The position numbers and the translations under genes are program-made. From Auanema rhodensis (lineage: Eukaryota > Animalia > Nematoda): a stretch of 64,000 nt of DNA. The notes beneath the pieces were generated by a model. It made no database searches. It was given only the letters and a program-made list of their open reading frames with translations, and was not told where the DNA came from. Positions 40,645 to 54,660 of the stretch are shown here, one piece after another; the stretch's first letter is position 1, and every line of letters begins with the position of its first letter. Location: NCBI GenBank assembly GCA_964057225.1, contig OZ059898.1, positions 7,316,001-7,380,000 on the forward strand, given 5' to 3'.

Positions 40645-43600
40645 TCAGTCATCATCGGACTAAAAACGAAAAAAATAAATTGGGAGAATACTTCGAAACT
40701 CACGTCGTTGTGGTCAATACCCTGGAGCAACTGGTTTGTGTTCAGAGTATCAAAACCACCTTGGGGAGTCATACTTAAAGGAATTTCGTTAAGAGTTACA
40801 CCCTCAAGTAAAGCCTGATAAAAACTATTATGAAAAAAAGCAACTTATAAATAACAAACCATTTCAGCATCAGCACGGTTTCTGTACGTTACAAACAACT
40901 CGGGCTTACCACTGGAAGAAACTTCGTTTCGAATTGATACTATTTCGCCAAGAAGACCCAGTTGTTCTTGAACGTAATTTTGTTGATCATTCTGAATTAA
41001 ATTTATGATTATTCAGTATTGAACTAGAAATTGAAATTACATCAAAACCTTTCACCAGTATAGTTACAGCATCTTGATTGGTATCAGTCCACTCTTCTCC
41101 TATAAATAACGAGTATATAAAAAATCAAATATGAACCTAACCATTTACAGAATTTTCTTCGAGCAAATTTTTAGTTGTAACTACAGTAACAGTTCCTTCT
41201 TCTTGGAGTGGAGGACTTTCACTATTACGAGAATCATCATTACTAGTTGAACGAGCTTTGATTTGAGTCTCTAGGTCAGTAATAGAATCCAAAATCTTCT
41301 TTATTTCTTCCATATGTTGAGCATGCTGAAAATTCGCATTAAAAAGGCTCTTAGAAATAAATCAAATTACATCATCTTTGGCGGAAGTAATACTTTCACT
41401 TAGCTTTTGAGCAATAGCTTTCAATTTTTTCTTCTTTTCTGCTTCTTTGTTCTCTCTTAACTGAAAAGACATCGATGCAACACTATGCTTTGTTAGACGT
41501 ACCGCTGATATGACAACTTTCTGTTTCTCCACAAGTTTTTCAAGCAAAGCCATAGATTTCTTTTGAACATCCATAACAGCAAATTTTCGGTTCTAAAACA
41601 TATTTTTTAATCCAATTCATGATGTCAAAAAATACTTTTTGCTCTTTCAAGTTTTTCCGCAATTCTGAGAGTATTTGACGACTTTCCAGAACAGCAGGAT
41701 TGACAAACTTTGCTTCCCGTACTGATGCAACTTTTGGAGGTGGCTGATTAACAACCGGAGGAGGCACAGACTTATCCGATCTATGAACCTGACCATTTGG
41801 AGCAGAAGATCCTCCAGACTAAACAAAATCGAAAGGGTAAAAAAAATTGTATTTTTAATAAATTACCACGGTTTCAGTGTTTTCTGGATTATACCAAAAC
41901 AGTTTGATAAAACGGTTATTCAATACAGGTGTTGGAGACTTTAGTGCACTAACGGCTTCTTGCCTATTACTATAAGTTATGAGAGCAGATTCAGGATCGC
42001 CATTGAAATGAACCTAGAAAAATATAATGAAAAAATTTTGAAATTGTTTTCACGTGCCTGTAAGTTTACAATGGTTCCAAAGTTAGCAAAGTGTTCATTC
42101 AATTTAGATATATTGTTCTGTTCTGGAGGAATTTTCTTAACCTGAAATATTTCAATTTAAAAAAACATTGTAACTGGTTGGGTATATACCTGTATAGTTT
42201 TATTATCACCACGATTTGGCAACCGAGTTCCAGCATTAACAGCACCGCCTCGACCACGTCCTCTACTACAATTACGAATTGGACCAGCTGCTCCAGGATC
42301 CATAGGCAAACTTGCGCTATCATAAGACATCTGAAAACGTTTCATTAACAAATTACTTTTAAAAAATTGCCTATACCATATTTCCTTGTGGAGGAACAGG
42401 GTAAGGGGCAGATCTCCAGTTTAGATGCATGGGAATAGGAGGGGGAGGGAATGAATAAGTGGGTCCAGCCATACCAGGAGCCTCAGGATTATATCCTGAA
42501 GAAAAAAATAGAAATTAAAAATTATTTGAAAATCAAGGAAAACCTTCAACAGGAGCAGCGACATAGCTCCCATCCACACCAGGAGGAGGAGGATTCAGGG
42601 TATTATAGCCAGGAGGTGGTACACTAGACAACTAATTAGAAAAGAGTAAAAAAACCATGTTACTATACCTAAAGTTTGGTGTCGGAGCTTTTTGATTATT
42701 TTTCACAAATTTATCAAGAGCAGAATCATCTACTACAACGGGATCAGGACCATGATCATACTGACAGCTATCCCCCCTTGAGCACACTCCGGCTTCTGTA
42801 AAACAAATAAGTAAAATTGAAAAACTCAAACAATTACCATGATAATCTCGACAACGTCTTTTTGGTTTTTCGTCTTTTCTATCGCGTCTTTCAACTGATC
42901 GAGATCTGCTTCTTCTATTATGTCTACTACGTCCATATTCAGGTGATCTGCGTCTCCCACGACGATCTCTGGGTGATCTTGATTTACGTCGTTGAAACTC
43001 TCGCTGTTCCCGTTCTCTAGCATCCTTCTAAAATAAAATTTGAATCATTAAAAAAAGAATTTGGAACCTTGATCTCAGCAGGAGGAGGACTAATCCGTTT
43101 TCTTTCTATCCTTTCTGAACGATTACTAGTGGAGGTATCTCGCTTTTCTTCTTTCTTCGACGTAGTTGTAACTCGTCGTTTGTCTTCACGATCAGATACA
43201 CTTGAGGTAGTTGGCTAAAAATTTCTAGTATATCTTCGTGATCATATGACCAAACGATGCCTTAATATCATCTTTTTCCTTATGAGATTTAACCGAGTCA
43301 TCTCTTTTCTCTTTAACAGGAGATGTTTCGCCTGCTTTGAACTCGGGAGATTCTTCTTTAGACATATAAGATTTGCTTTTTAGCACAGTAAACAACTTAT
43401 CACTAAACTTGGTGTTGTCTAAAAAAAGATATTTTAAAATTATGTTAAAACTTGTTCGTACGGCCTGGAAGAAAATCCTCTAATTGTTTGGTGATATGGA
43501 ATTTCAATTCATCATCAGTTTTACCCTGTTTTTTAACTAATGCTACGACATATTTGGCTAGAGCTGATGGTTCAGCGTCACATCTAAAATATGGAAATAA

Positions 43601-43685
43601 CAAGCATTGTACTAAAGATAACTCACATTGGTCCTAGCTCTTTAACTAACCAATTTGTCAATGACTCTTCACAATCAATTTGCAT
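40645..43685 (-). CDS. rbm-26: RBM26/27 family RNA-binding protein (PWI, CCCH zinc finger, RRMs)
   Basis: PWI: LGPICDAEPSALAKYVVAL. ZnF: RCRDYH.AGVCSRGDSCQYDHGPDP. RRM: HFANFGTIVNLQVHFNGDPESALITY...VLNNRFIKLFW. Two GC-AG introns. Confidence 0.92.
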
Positions 43686-44083
43686 CTGAAAAAACAAGAT
43701 ATTGATGATTGTGAAAAATTACAATATAATAAACAATAAAAGAAAAGAGAAAGATATATAAAACGAAAAATGGTAGCATGAATGTAAGAATGAACAACTG
43801 ACACTAAACAACGCGGAACAATGACCACTAAGCTATTTCATTCATCTTTTTCTAAACGATGATCGCGAATTTTACTTTTACTTTCTTGACTACTAATAGA
43901 AAATACAACAATTTGCTCTAGGTTCAATGTTTTTTGGTGCGCAGAGCCTATCTTTTTCGAGACTCTGTAAAGTAAACATGTCTCTCGAAGAAATTTTGCA
44001 GCGCTAACACTCTGAAATCCAGTTCATCTAAGCTCGACACTTCATATTTCCATTTTGTTTCTGGAAAATATCTTTCAGATTCA

Positions 44084-46361
44084 ATGACGGCAGACAATGT
44101 TGAGTCGCTAACGCCGTTAACAAGAAGTATTAAACGTTGTAGTAGCTCTTTATCAACCATATCCTATACATCTTTACTTCAAGATCTCCGTAATCGTATT
44201 TTACAGGTAAACTTTATAAGAATTTATCGATCATACAATTTCTGCTTTAACAGGACAGGCTAACCAAAAAATTCAATGCAGAAGACATAGCAAGAATTAA
44301 ACATGAGGATTGGTGGCTTCTTACGTTCCTCACAAGCTGCCACTATGATCCTGACGTAAGTTATAGTGTAGTGATGGAATGCCTTCGTTGGAGAAATAAC
44401 TTTGAGATAGAACGTATGTCTTTCTTTAAACATTGGATAAAACTTATAATGCAGACTTGAGCATTCTGGAACTCAAACCATACTTAGAGCAGCAATTGAT
44501 CTTTATACACGGTAAAGACCATATGAATAACGTTCTGTGTTAGTCAATCCTAACTTTTCAAATTATATATATATTTTTAAGTATGGGTCAACAGTATGTT
44601 GCTCCACGAAGCTAACAAAACAGTGGAGCAACTATTAATATTTTGGCTAGATAACTACTTTATGGCTACAAGAGCTAACAGCCACATGAGTATTTTAATA
44701 GATATGTATGGTTCTCGAACAAAGCACATGGTTAGTACACAAGCGATCAATCGATAACTAAAGATATGCAATTAAAGGATATTAATGTTATGAAATTCAT
44801 ATTAAGAGCAGCAAAGTATTATTATCCAGGATTGATTCAAGATATATTAGTTTATGAATCGCCTTCGATTCTCAGCGCTCCGTGGAAAGTAATTGAAAGA
44901 GCATGACTATAAGACAACATAGTTATTTAAGGTAGTTCGGTCATGGATTGAACCAGGACATCCCACCCTGCATCAAGTTAGCAAAGACACAATAATCGAC
45001 TTCGTAGACCCGGTGTTCCTTAAGAGCTATCAAGGTGGTACGGTAAGATATTCGCTTATATATCCTCAATGTTTCAATCAAATCTGCTAACTCTACATAA
45101 CAGCCGCGCTGACCACTAACCACGGGATTCCCTTACATTCTACAATCCGAACTAGCAACATATGCCTTTTCGCTGTTACAATTGAACTTTCAGTCAACAC
45201 TACTAAGCCTCCTTTGCTATACTCCACTCATTTTTTAGGATAATTTTGTCTTCACTATGAGCGAGATCGCTAATTGCTTGCCTACACCTTTATCGTCAAT
45301 TTCACAGAATCAGAATTCAAACGGATTTCATGAAGTTGAATTTCAAAAACCGAATCTCGATGACTATCCAATGCGCAGAAGGGTGAGTAATATTAACTTC
45401 AAATATTATACTAAAACAAAAAAATAAAGTCGGTGAAATTTGACGAAGACACAGGCAGAGCTATTCCACTTACTCTACCTAGACGACCAAGTAAAGGACC
45501 TGGAAGAAGAAATGGTTATCCAACAGCGTTGAAGCCTATAATCGAGAAAAGAATGAATGCTAGTGAGAACGATTGGCTGTCAACATCGCTTGTATCAATC
45601 AGGTAGGGAAAAAACAAGAAGCTAATACTAAAAATTTTATTTTAGTCCCCGAGATGAACTTGCTTTATCCAAAATAGAATCCGAAACTGACTATGTGGAT
45701 ATTATTATAGTGCGCAACAATTCAGATAAAGGAATGCAATTCAAAATCAAAACCACAGCCCCAGAAAAATTCCGAGTAAGACCTAGCACAGGATTTATCA
45801 AGGCAAAGAACTCAGAAATTGTGAGAGTACATCTACAAAATGGTAAAATAATAGGAAAAAACAAAGTTATATGTAATTTTAGAGTATAAGTACTCCGCAT
45901 CCAAAGAAAAAATTTTACTCCTAACTATGAACACGGATGATCCAAATACAGAAAATTTTTCTGATATCTGGAAGAAATCACCGCCTGAAGAAAGAGTAGA
46001 GCATAAACTTAAATGCAAAATTCATGACGATTCAGAAGATTTAATAAATGGAAAACCAGAGAGACGTTCAAGTCTATTCACAGCTCAGGTTAATTTTAAG
46101 TTGATTAATAATAGAAATAGAATTTCTTTGCAGCAAGAAACCATAGATAAACTAAATGATACCATCAAAAGTATGGCAAGCATTCAACAAATTATGATCA
46201 TAGTCATGTGTTTATTGTTCGCTATTCAAGTCATAATTATCATGTATGAAAATTCGAACTATTCTGACCTTAGAGCGCGAATTGAGACAGTTTCAAAAAC
46301 AATAATTCTGAAGCAGAGTGATGGTATACAAAAGCCTATGCATGCTGATGAAGATCTTTAA
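44084..46361 (+). CDS. hpo-28: MOSPD2-like protein: CRAL-TRIO + MSP domain + C-terminal TM
   Basis: CLRWR, HGKD, YYPG and PWKVVRSW (CRAL-TRIO); FKIKTTAPEKFRVRPSTG (MSP); C-terminal hydrophobic helix. Symbol from recalled C. elegans B0336.11. Confidence 0.85.
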
Positions 46362-46887
46362 GCGTTTTAAATGGTTGTTGAAAAAATGAAATGTGATTTT
46401 GAATGTGAACTAAGATTAATAAATACGAAATGTTATTAAACGTCTTACGGTTTTAAGAAAAAATAAGGAAAATGAAAACATGAACATAAACAATTTTAAG
46501 TAAGGCTATTTAAATTTCAAGTGCTTAACAAAAACAATAAAGAAACAAGCTGTTATAATTTAGCATACTGCAAGAATTAAAGATTATTAAAAACGTGTTC
46601 AGACAGCGCGATTGTATTGCAGCGCATGTGTGATAATTGGTCTCGGTTGGAAATTTTCTTTTGGCTGCTGGAAAACTGAGTATTCAACTACGATGACAAG
46701 GCAATTTTCACTATAGAAAAATATTTCTATTTCTATAATTACCTAAAGTATTTTTGAAAGTTTTGCTTTTTTAGCTTTTGTATATTTACGAATTTTGCGA
46801 TAATTCTTTCGACCGAATGTCTTAGTATAGATTCCTTGGGATTGTTATGCGAGGAACGTATTTTTCAATGTTTTGGTTTTAGGTAAG

Positions 46888-47516
<629 letters not shown>

Positions 47517-48091
47517 ATTGTTACTGTTATTATCCGGGTTGCCCGAATAAATGTTTAATTAAATATCTTGTTTTTTTTAATTGCTATAAGAAGATGAATT
47601 ATAAATTAACATTGAGAAATATGAAAGTTATATATCTTTTAATGGAAGTTGCGCTCCACTAGAGAAATATTGGACCAATGCTAAATGGTACGGTGTATGT
47701 TGCAATGATAAGAATTTAAATGTGAGAAGAACAAATTCAATTAGAATGCCTTTTTTATGCATTCTGTGTCGATGAGCATACCAGTATGTGTTTAATTTAA
47801 AAAAGCGAACTTATCGAATAATTCCCGCTATATGTCTTACGGTTGTCATTCGATTTTGCGTATCTCGTGAACTAGTGTAAATGACAAGATTTCAATTCGA
47901 TGCGTACCTTTACATTTGAAATATTTACAAAATGTGTATTAGTTTTATTTTGTCAGTACTAAAAATCTATTATACTGTATATGCAATTAATTTTTTCTTT
48001 GGAAGTTTTTATATCTACTACCATTAGAAGTTTTAAATGGTTTTGTTTTTTAAATTATATTAGATATAACTATATTTCAGTACCATACGGA

Positions 48092-48875
48092 ATGGTTTCT
48101 CTTGCTTGCGAAGGTGCTTTTCCTCCTGGATCTTCTGTAAAGTTTAATACAGTCCTGGGAGGGAACGTGCAGGGGGATGTCGTCTGTTTCGATCCATCGC
48201 TGAAGGTTAAAAATTTATAAGTATTGCTACTTTAATTATTATTAAATTGTTTTAGGTACTTATTATAAAGGATAATACCAATGAGGGTAAACCTACTCTT
48301 CGTATGTTTAACATGTCTATGATCAATAATGTGAAATTGCTGTAGATGTTTGTAGATATGTTATTTATTTTTTTAGATCGTAAGCGTGAGCAATACGAAA
48401 AGTGAATCTGTTGAAAATTATCTATCGAATTGTTCGTTAACTACTCAACAGGTTTGAAACATTCTTGAAAGTAAAGTTGAAATATTGTTAGGCATCTGAT
48501 CGCTGCTTTTTGTCGGAAAGTCGGCGAAGAGTAGAAATAATGGATGAAAGTGTATGCATAGAAGGCCAGAAAGCTTTCCTTCAATTACGCCGTATTCTGG
48601 ACGAAGTCTGTTGGAAGGTATTAATAGTCATTATCTATATTTCATCGGATATTTCATTCTTAGGGTCCCGATATTCATGTTCTGGGAAGAGTTATTGTTA
48701 AAGCACCATACAGTGCCAACAGCGCTCTAGTTAATGAGGTTTTGAGAATATTTTGATTGTATTTGATTTTTGATTTTAGGATACCGATCAAGCTAGAGCC
48801 GCTCTGGCTCAAGTAAAAAAAATTCTCTCCAAGCCATTTGTTTGTGAAAACAAGTTGACTCCTTGTCATAAGTAG
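48092..48875 (+). CDS. LSM12-like protein (Lsm + anticodon-binding domain)
   Basis: GSSVKFNTVLGGNVQGDVVCFDPSLKVLIIK...EGQKAFLQLRRIL.EVCWKGPDIHVLGRVIVKAPY...ALAQVKKIL. Confidence 0.8.
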
Positions 48876-49260
48876 TGTTAGTTCTATACACTATAGGTGA
48901 CCCACCATCTCCCTTTTCCTCTCTTTTGCCTGGTGCTAGAATCACCGTTTAATTCATGTCACGCGTTATAATACAAGTATTGTCTAATTTTTTGTAGTCC
49001 ATTTTCAATTAGTTTAGTATCTGAGTTGTATGGGTTGTGACAAACGCTCTTGTTTTCAAGTCGACCTCAAGTTCCATTTCTTTAATTTTAAATACCTGAG
49101 CTCCCGTTCCTACGTTCATTTTCCCAAATCGTTTTTAGATGATGACTAATTAATGTAAATGTAATAAATATTCATTTTTCTGGAACCGTTATATAATATC
49201 GTCGTTTGTTCGATTCTATTTGACGAACCTGTTTTAACTGTTTTATTAGTCTTCAGTATT

Positions 49261-50162
49261 ATGTCTGACAGTGAGGATTACCAACTGCGAAATGATAGTC
49301 TTGCTGCTTTGCAAGAATTCTTGTAAGTGTTATCATAAATAGTATTTAAATCTGATTATCTGCTTGTAGGAATGAACAAAAAGAAAGGGAAGCTGCAAAC
49401 GAAGCTTCTCCTGAAATTTCCGAAGATTGGCAGGTTGACCAGTTTCTCTGCACTTTTTTCATTTCTTTTTAGTTATCACAATTCTGGTATGACGCTGAAA
49501 CAGCCCGAAAGCTCACTTCAGAAGCAATTGCTGCTTGTAATGGAAAAAAAAATGCCAAGATAGCATGTATTAGTTCACCAACACTTATGAAATATTTTAA
49601 GGAGGAAAAAGTAAAGCCACATAACTGTTCTTTTTTACTCTTACATTTAGGCAGTTATAAACGGAGAAGTTGAACTAAAAGTGTTTGAGTACGATAAGCG
49701 GTTTGAAATCAAGTACCCTGAAGAATTTGTTTTTTATGATTATAAAGAGCCTTTGATTGTTCCAACAGAATTGAAAGGTGCCGTTTCAAATGATGACTTA
49801 TACATAATTCATTTTTAGAATATTTTGATGTATTAGTTGTTGATCCTCCTTTCCTTTCTGTAGAATGTTTGGTGAAAACAGCTCAAACCGTTCGGTTACT
49901 CTCTCATTCTTCAACTAAAATAATTTTATGCACAGGTGCAATAATGGAAGAACAGGTAGGTTCTTAGATTTTCATTACGGTTTAGTTTCAAAATCGTCAG
50001 CTAATATGAATCATAGTGCACATAAGTACAATTATTAAATTTTATTGATTTCAGGCTTTAAAATTATTGAATGCCAAGAGAACTAACTTCGATCCGAGAC
50101 ATGAAAATAATTTAGCCAATGAGTTTGCCTGTTATACAAATTATAGCCCTATTAAATTGTGA
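49261..50162 (+). CDS. EEF1AKMT1: eEF1A lysine N-methyltransferase 1 (N6AMT2/Efm5)
   Basis: MSDSED...[58 protein letters not shown]. Confidence 0.93.
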
Positions 50163-50241
50163 TAGAATTCTAGATCTTTGTTATTCGTTTTTGTTATTGT
50201 TTTATGTTAGTCAATTTCATCATGTCTAAATTGTTCGTTTG

Positions 50242-50330
50242 TTTGAACCGTATAATTCGGTTTAAAATTACTTTAACGCTTTTTTGTGTTTTATTACCCT
50301 TTTTAATTTTAAATTTTAATAATTTTTCAG
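50242..50330 (+). promoter_or_regulatory. Ur element (stem-loop + UAYYUU) and trans-splice acceptor for rle-1
   Basis: TTTGAACCG-tataatt-CGGTTTAAA hairpin, then TACTTT at 50269-50274, then TTTTCAG ending at 50330. Confidence 0.65.
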
Positions 50331-50420
50331 TGCTTTCTAAATCCATGTAAGCATCTGACGAGATTCAATTTCACTGTTTGAAAGTTTGGATTTTGTATAC
50401 CGTGTATACGTCTTTTTGTA

Positions 50421-53400
50421 ATGGCTCCTGCAGGGCAGGGTCAGGCTTGGTCTCACATTTTGTGTTGTCTCAAGTGCGATAAGGCATGGCAAAAGTTTTT
50501 TCAATGTCTTTATAATAAAATATTACAGAGATTTTCTTCTGAATATTTGCCCGTGAACCTTGCTTGTGGTCATGTAGTTTGCAATTCTTGTGTCACAGGT
50601 TTAACAACTGTGTGTCCATCTGATGAGGTATTTGGATTATTATTCAATCTCTATAGCATTACTATGATCATTTCCAGTTAACGAGTGCATATTCTTGGCA
50701 AGAGTATCCTGTAAACGTGCCTTTATTATCCATTTGTGTAAATGAGTACACAAATGAACTTGCTAATTGGAAACGGGCAGATAATGATTTACAGGCTAGT
50801 GATATTTTGAATAATCTGTAAATCATTTGTTATTTAGAAAGTATTGTCTAATATCGAAGAAGATCTTCTTAAGCTTGCCTCATATCTGAAAAGAGCCGAA
50901 TCGGAAAGAGGTGGTAGCGTGTTCAGCGAGGTTATATTAGCATATTTATGTATATGAACATATATTCTATAGGTTCTTTCTCGAACAATGCAAAGAAAAT
51001 TAGTTGCACTAATTTGCTATCAATTAGTTGAAGAAGATGGTAGATCTCGAGCTTTAAAAACATGCAGAGCTTTAGTTGATCGTATTATTGCTGAAGTAAT
51101 GACCTTATATATATACATTAAGAGATTTTTTGTTTTTATAGGTTATAACTATTAACTCTTCATCCAACCCAAGTACTCAGTTATGGTCTGAAGTAAGAGC
51201 TCGTGGATGTCAGTTCTTGGGTCCTGGTACTAAGAAATGTTTTTGATATGTATACATAATCTTATACTACAGCTATGCAAGAAGATGTCCTCAAGTTAAT
51301 TCTTTTAGCCCTCGGTAATGGTGCTCAAATAGCTAGAAAGACATTAGTTATTTATGTTGTTCAAAAGCTTACTGAAGATTATCCTCAGGTTGTGTAACTA
51401 TTCATTTACAGTATCTAATAATTAAGTTCAAGGTTTCTAAGACTTGTGTTGGGCATGTTGTACAACTTCTTTATCGTGCTTCTTGTTTCCATGTTATCAA
51501 AAGAGATGGTGAATCGTCATTAATGCAGCTGAAAGAAGAGTTCAGAACATACGAAACTTTGAGAAAAGAACACGATGCTCAAATCGTTCATGTATTTGTT
51601 TTATCATTAATATTTTGTTAATTTTTAAAGATCAGATGGCTATGGAAGCTGGATTGAAAATCACTCCTGATCAATGGTCTTCTTTATTATATGGTGATTG
51701 GCAACATCGCCCTCATATGCAGTCAATTATTGGTATTATTTATTGAATTTTATCCATTTCCCTATTATGATCATTTTAGATAAGTTACAATCTCCACAAA
51801 GTTATCAGTTGAGTCTAGATGGATTAGAACACTTCGCTTCAAATGGTGATCCAATTCTACCAAAAATGTTAAAACTACTTACTATTTTTGGTGATATTCA
51901 TCCCTTTCATCATGGTAAGCCTCGTGACATTTTTCGGGATAGCTTTATTATTTATAGAAGCCGTTACTTGGGAAAAATTTGCTGAAATTATCTCTGCCCT
52001 TGCGCAGGTTGTAGAATTGCATGTTTCATACATTAAAAACAAGAATGAGATTAAACAAAGAGAGAAGGCCTGGAGAGCTCAGAAGAAGGATGAGAAATCA
52101 ACTGCTTATGTGGCTACAAGATATAAGACTCGGATGTGCCGGTAATCAATTGTTCATTTATTTAAGCTACGTTTTTTTTAGCGATGCGGTTCGGGGACAA
52201 TTATGTCCAAGAGGAAGCCGATGCACTTTTGCTCATTTTTTTGATGAAATACATGTTCCTATGAGTTCAGGAGACAATGTTCATATGCCACCAAGTCACA
52301 TTGTTACTACCATCCCTGCACACATGAATCAACAATGTGAACAAGTATTCTAGATGTTTTGGCTTTGTATTTGAATTTTTAATTTTTAGCCAAATTATCA
52401 GATGGCTCAAACACAACAGGGTGTTCCTAATGTTGGTGTGCAGCGATTGCAAATTATTCACGCTCCACCACCTAATCCCTACGGACCAATCACACAGCAT
52501 GGTTAGTTATCGTTTATCAGAATTTGAAAAACAGCAGGTATAATTTTTAAAGTTTTACCTCAAGCTGCTCCTGAAGTTGTGCCAATGGTTCCTATGGTGC
52601 CCGTTGTTCAATCACCTGGTGGACCTCATGCTGTTCCCATTCAACCACCAGCTATGCTTTTAGTAAGATTACATATTAATGAGTATAATAACTATAGCTT
52701 CAGATGAGCCACCCCCCTCCTCCTAATGTTATGGTAACTCCTAAGATCTGGCAAAGCTCCCAGCAAGCAGTCTTTTTACACCCAACTTCTCCCCAACAAC
52801 CTACATTTTGGTTGTCCACACAGTATGTTATGCTTTACGTATTGTTATTTTGCTTTCAAACTTTAGGACACCTGGTTTCTCCATAGATAATGGTCGAGAA
52901 GCGGTTAAAATTGATTGTCGTTCTGAGCCAGATCCTGATCAATTAGTCATGAAAAGAAAGGAAATTTTAAGGTTTGTAATGCCCTAATATACTAATGTTT
53001 AATAAACTGTTCAGCCGCTTGGCTCCTTTCACTTTGACTGATGATGAAGAAGGAGATGATAGTGTTGGTCACGTATCATATACTGTGGCGTCGTCTGTTT
53101 TGGATGAAAGGTATTCATTCGGCTCGCTCGGTATTCACTTTTCTTTTCAGAATGGAGCTTCATCCTCATCCTCATTCTCATTCTCATTCTCATTCTCATC
53201 CTTTGGTTGTAATTGGACGTCCTCCCTTGGAACTACCCCCTATACCAGCTGTAATGTCACCTAATCCGAATGAGGAAAATATGTAAGTTTTTTGATAATT
53301 TATACTTTCTAACGATATTGATTTGTTTTTTTAATTTTAGTATGATGAGAACTTCTGATATGGTTGCCGTTCCTGCAAGACCTAGAGCTCCTAGTGTGCC

Positions 53401-54114
53401 TTTTATTCAGGCTAGTGAAATTTGAAATATTTTTTCTCATTATTTTTTTTCAGTCTGTTCAGATGCCTTGCGAAACTCTAGTAGCTCCTGATGGAACCAG
53501 CCTAGCCACAGTACAGTCCGATTGCACTGCAATGCAGATTTGTGAGACAATTTGTCAACCTCTTCCAACAGCAGGTATTCAACCAACGCAAGGTTAGATT
53601 AAATCCAGACATCGTTTGGATCCGTAGACAGAAAAACAGCAAAAAAATTATATTTCTGTTTCTACTTATTTGAGAAAATTAGTATTATTTCAGTTTCAAC
53701 AGTTGCTTTTATACCAGCATTAGATCCATGTGGATTAAGTGATCGCATGGCTGTTATGCCTCCTCCACCACCCCCTATTTTGGATCCTCAAGGAGTGGTT
53801 TCTAGCAGTTTGGATAAAATTGTTGATGTTAAAGAAAGGCTTAATGAAGCTGAAGGTTCGCTTGTTCGATTGATTAAGTTAAGTTCACTTTTTTCTTCAG
53901 GTGCTACTATGTCTTCTGCTGTCAGCCAGCAGCTTCGGGTTGAATTGCAAATTGCTGAACGTGAAATGGATTTATTAGATCCTAGGACTCAAGCAAGCTG
54001 TTTGTTGCGTGAGCTTCAACAGGTATGGGATATCGTTTTTCTTATATTTCCAATTTTTCTGTGAAGGTTGATCGAGAACTGGAACGAATTGAAGCTGCTC
54101 GCCCCGCAGAATAG
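50421..54114 (+). CDS. rle-1: Roquin (RING, ROQ, CCCH zinc finger, Pro-rich region, coiled coil)
   Basis: [44 protein letters not shown]...[18 protein letters not shown]...[10 protein letters not shown], ZnF YKTRMC...[11 protein letters not shown]. About 21 exons, three GC-AG introns. Confidence 0.95.
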
Positions 54115-54214
54115 CTCAATTTTCATATCAGAACGTCTGTTGTTGTTCTTCTTAATGTGACTGTTGTTCCTTTTTAACACATTCAAAGGGTATAATTGGT
54201 TGTTTCCGATAATC

Positions 54215-54233
54215 AAGCTTTGTATCAAAGCTT
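54215..54233 (+). promoter_or_regulatory. CDE-like tri-loop hairpin in the presumptive rle-1 3' UTR
   Basis: AAGCTTTG-TAT-CAAAGCTT: perfect 8-bp stem with a UAU loop. Confidence 0.5.
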
Positions 54234-54660
54234 AATATTACACTATGTAAATATTATTAGGAATTGAGTGGAATTTTTCATCCACATGGCAAATTTCTTA
54301 CTCGTTTTTCGGGGCCAAATTCTCTTGTTATTACATACATGTAGGGAGTCACTTGTAAACGTAAATTGAAGTGAGAAGTCCTTGGTTTTAGATTCTTTTG
54401 TCCAACTAATGTATGCCATACTTTGAGTAATTTTACACTTTACGTTATTAAAGTCGAATATAGGCTTTATCATCATAGCTTTTATTTAGATTAACCGGTT
54501 GGGCAGAGGTAACTTGATTGTAGTTCATGTTTGTTTTTTGCTTGAATATATGTTTAATCTTTGTTGTTGTTATTTACCAATAATCGTGATACAGTATCTA
54601 CTGCTTCTATTTCGTGTTTTCATTTGATCAATCGAAGTTTCAAATTAATATTTCAAGATT

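Noticed and set aside
43948-44160. Minus-strand 70-aa ORF
   Set aside because: Antisense to exon 1 and the promoter of the MOSPD2-like gene, with no independent support.
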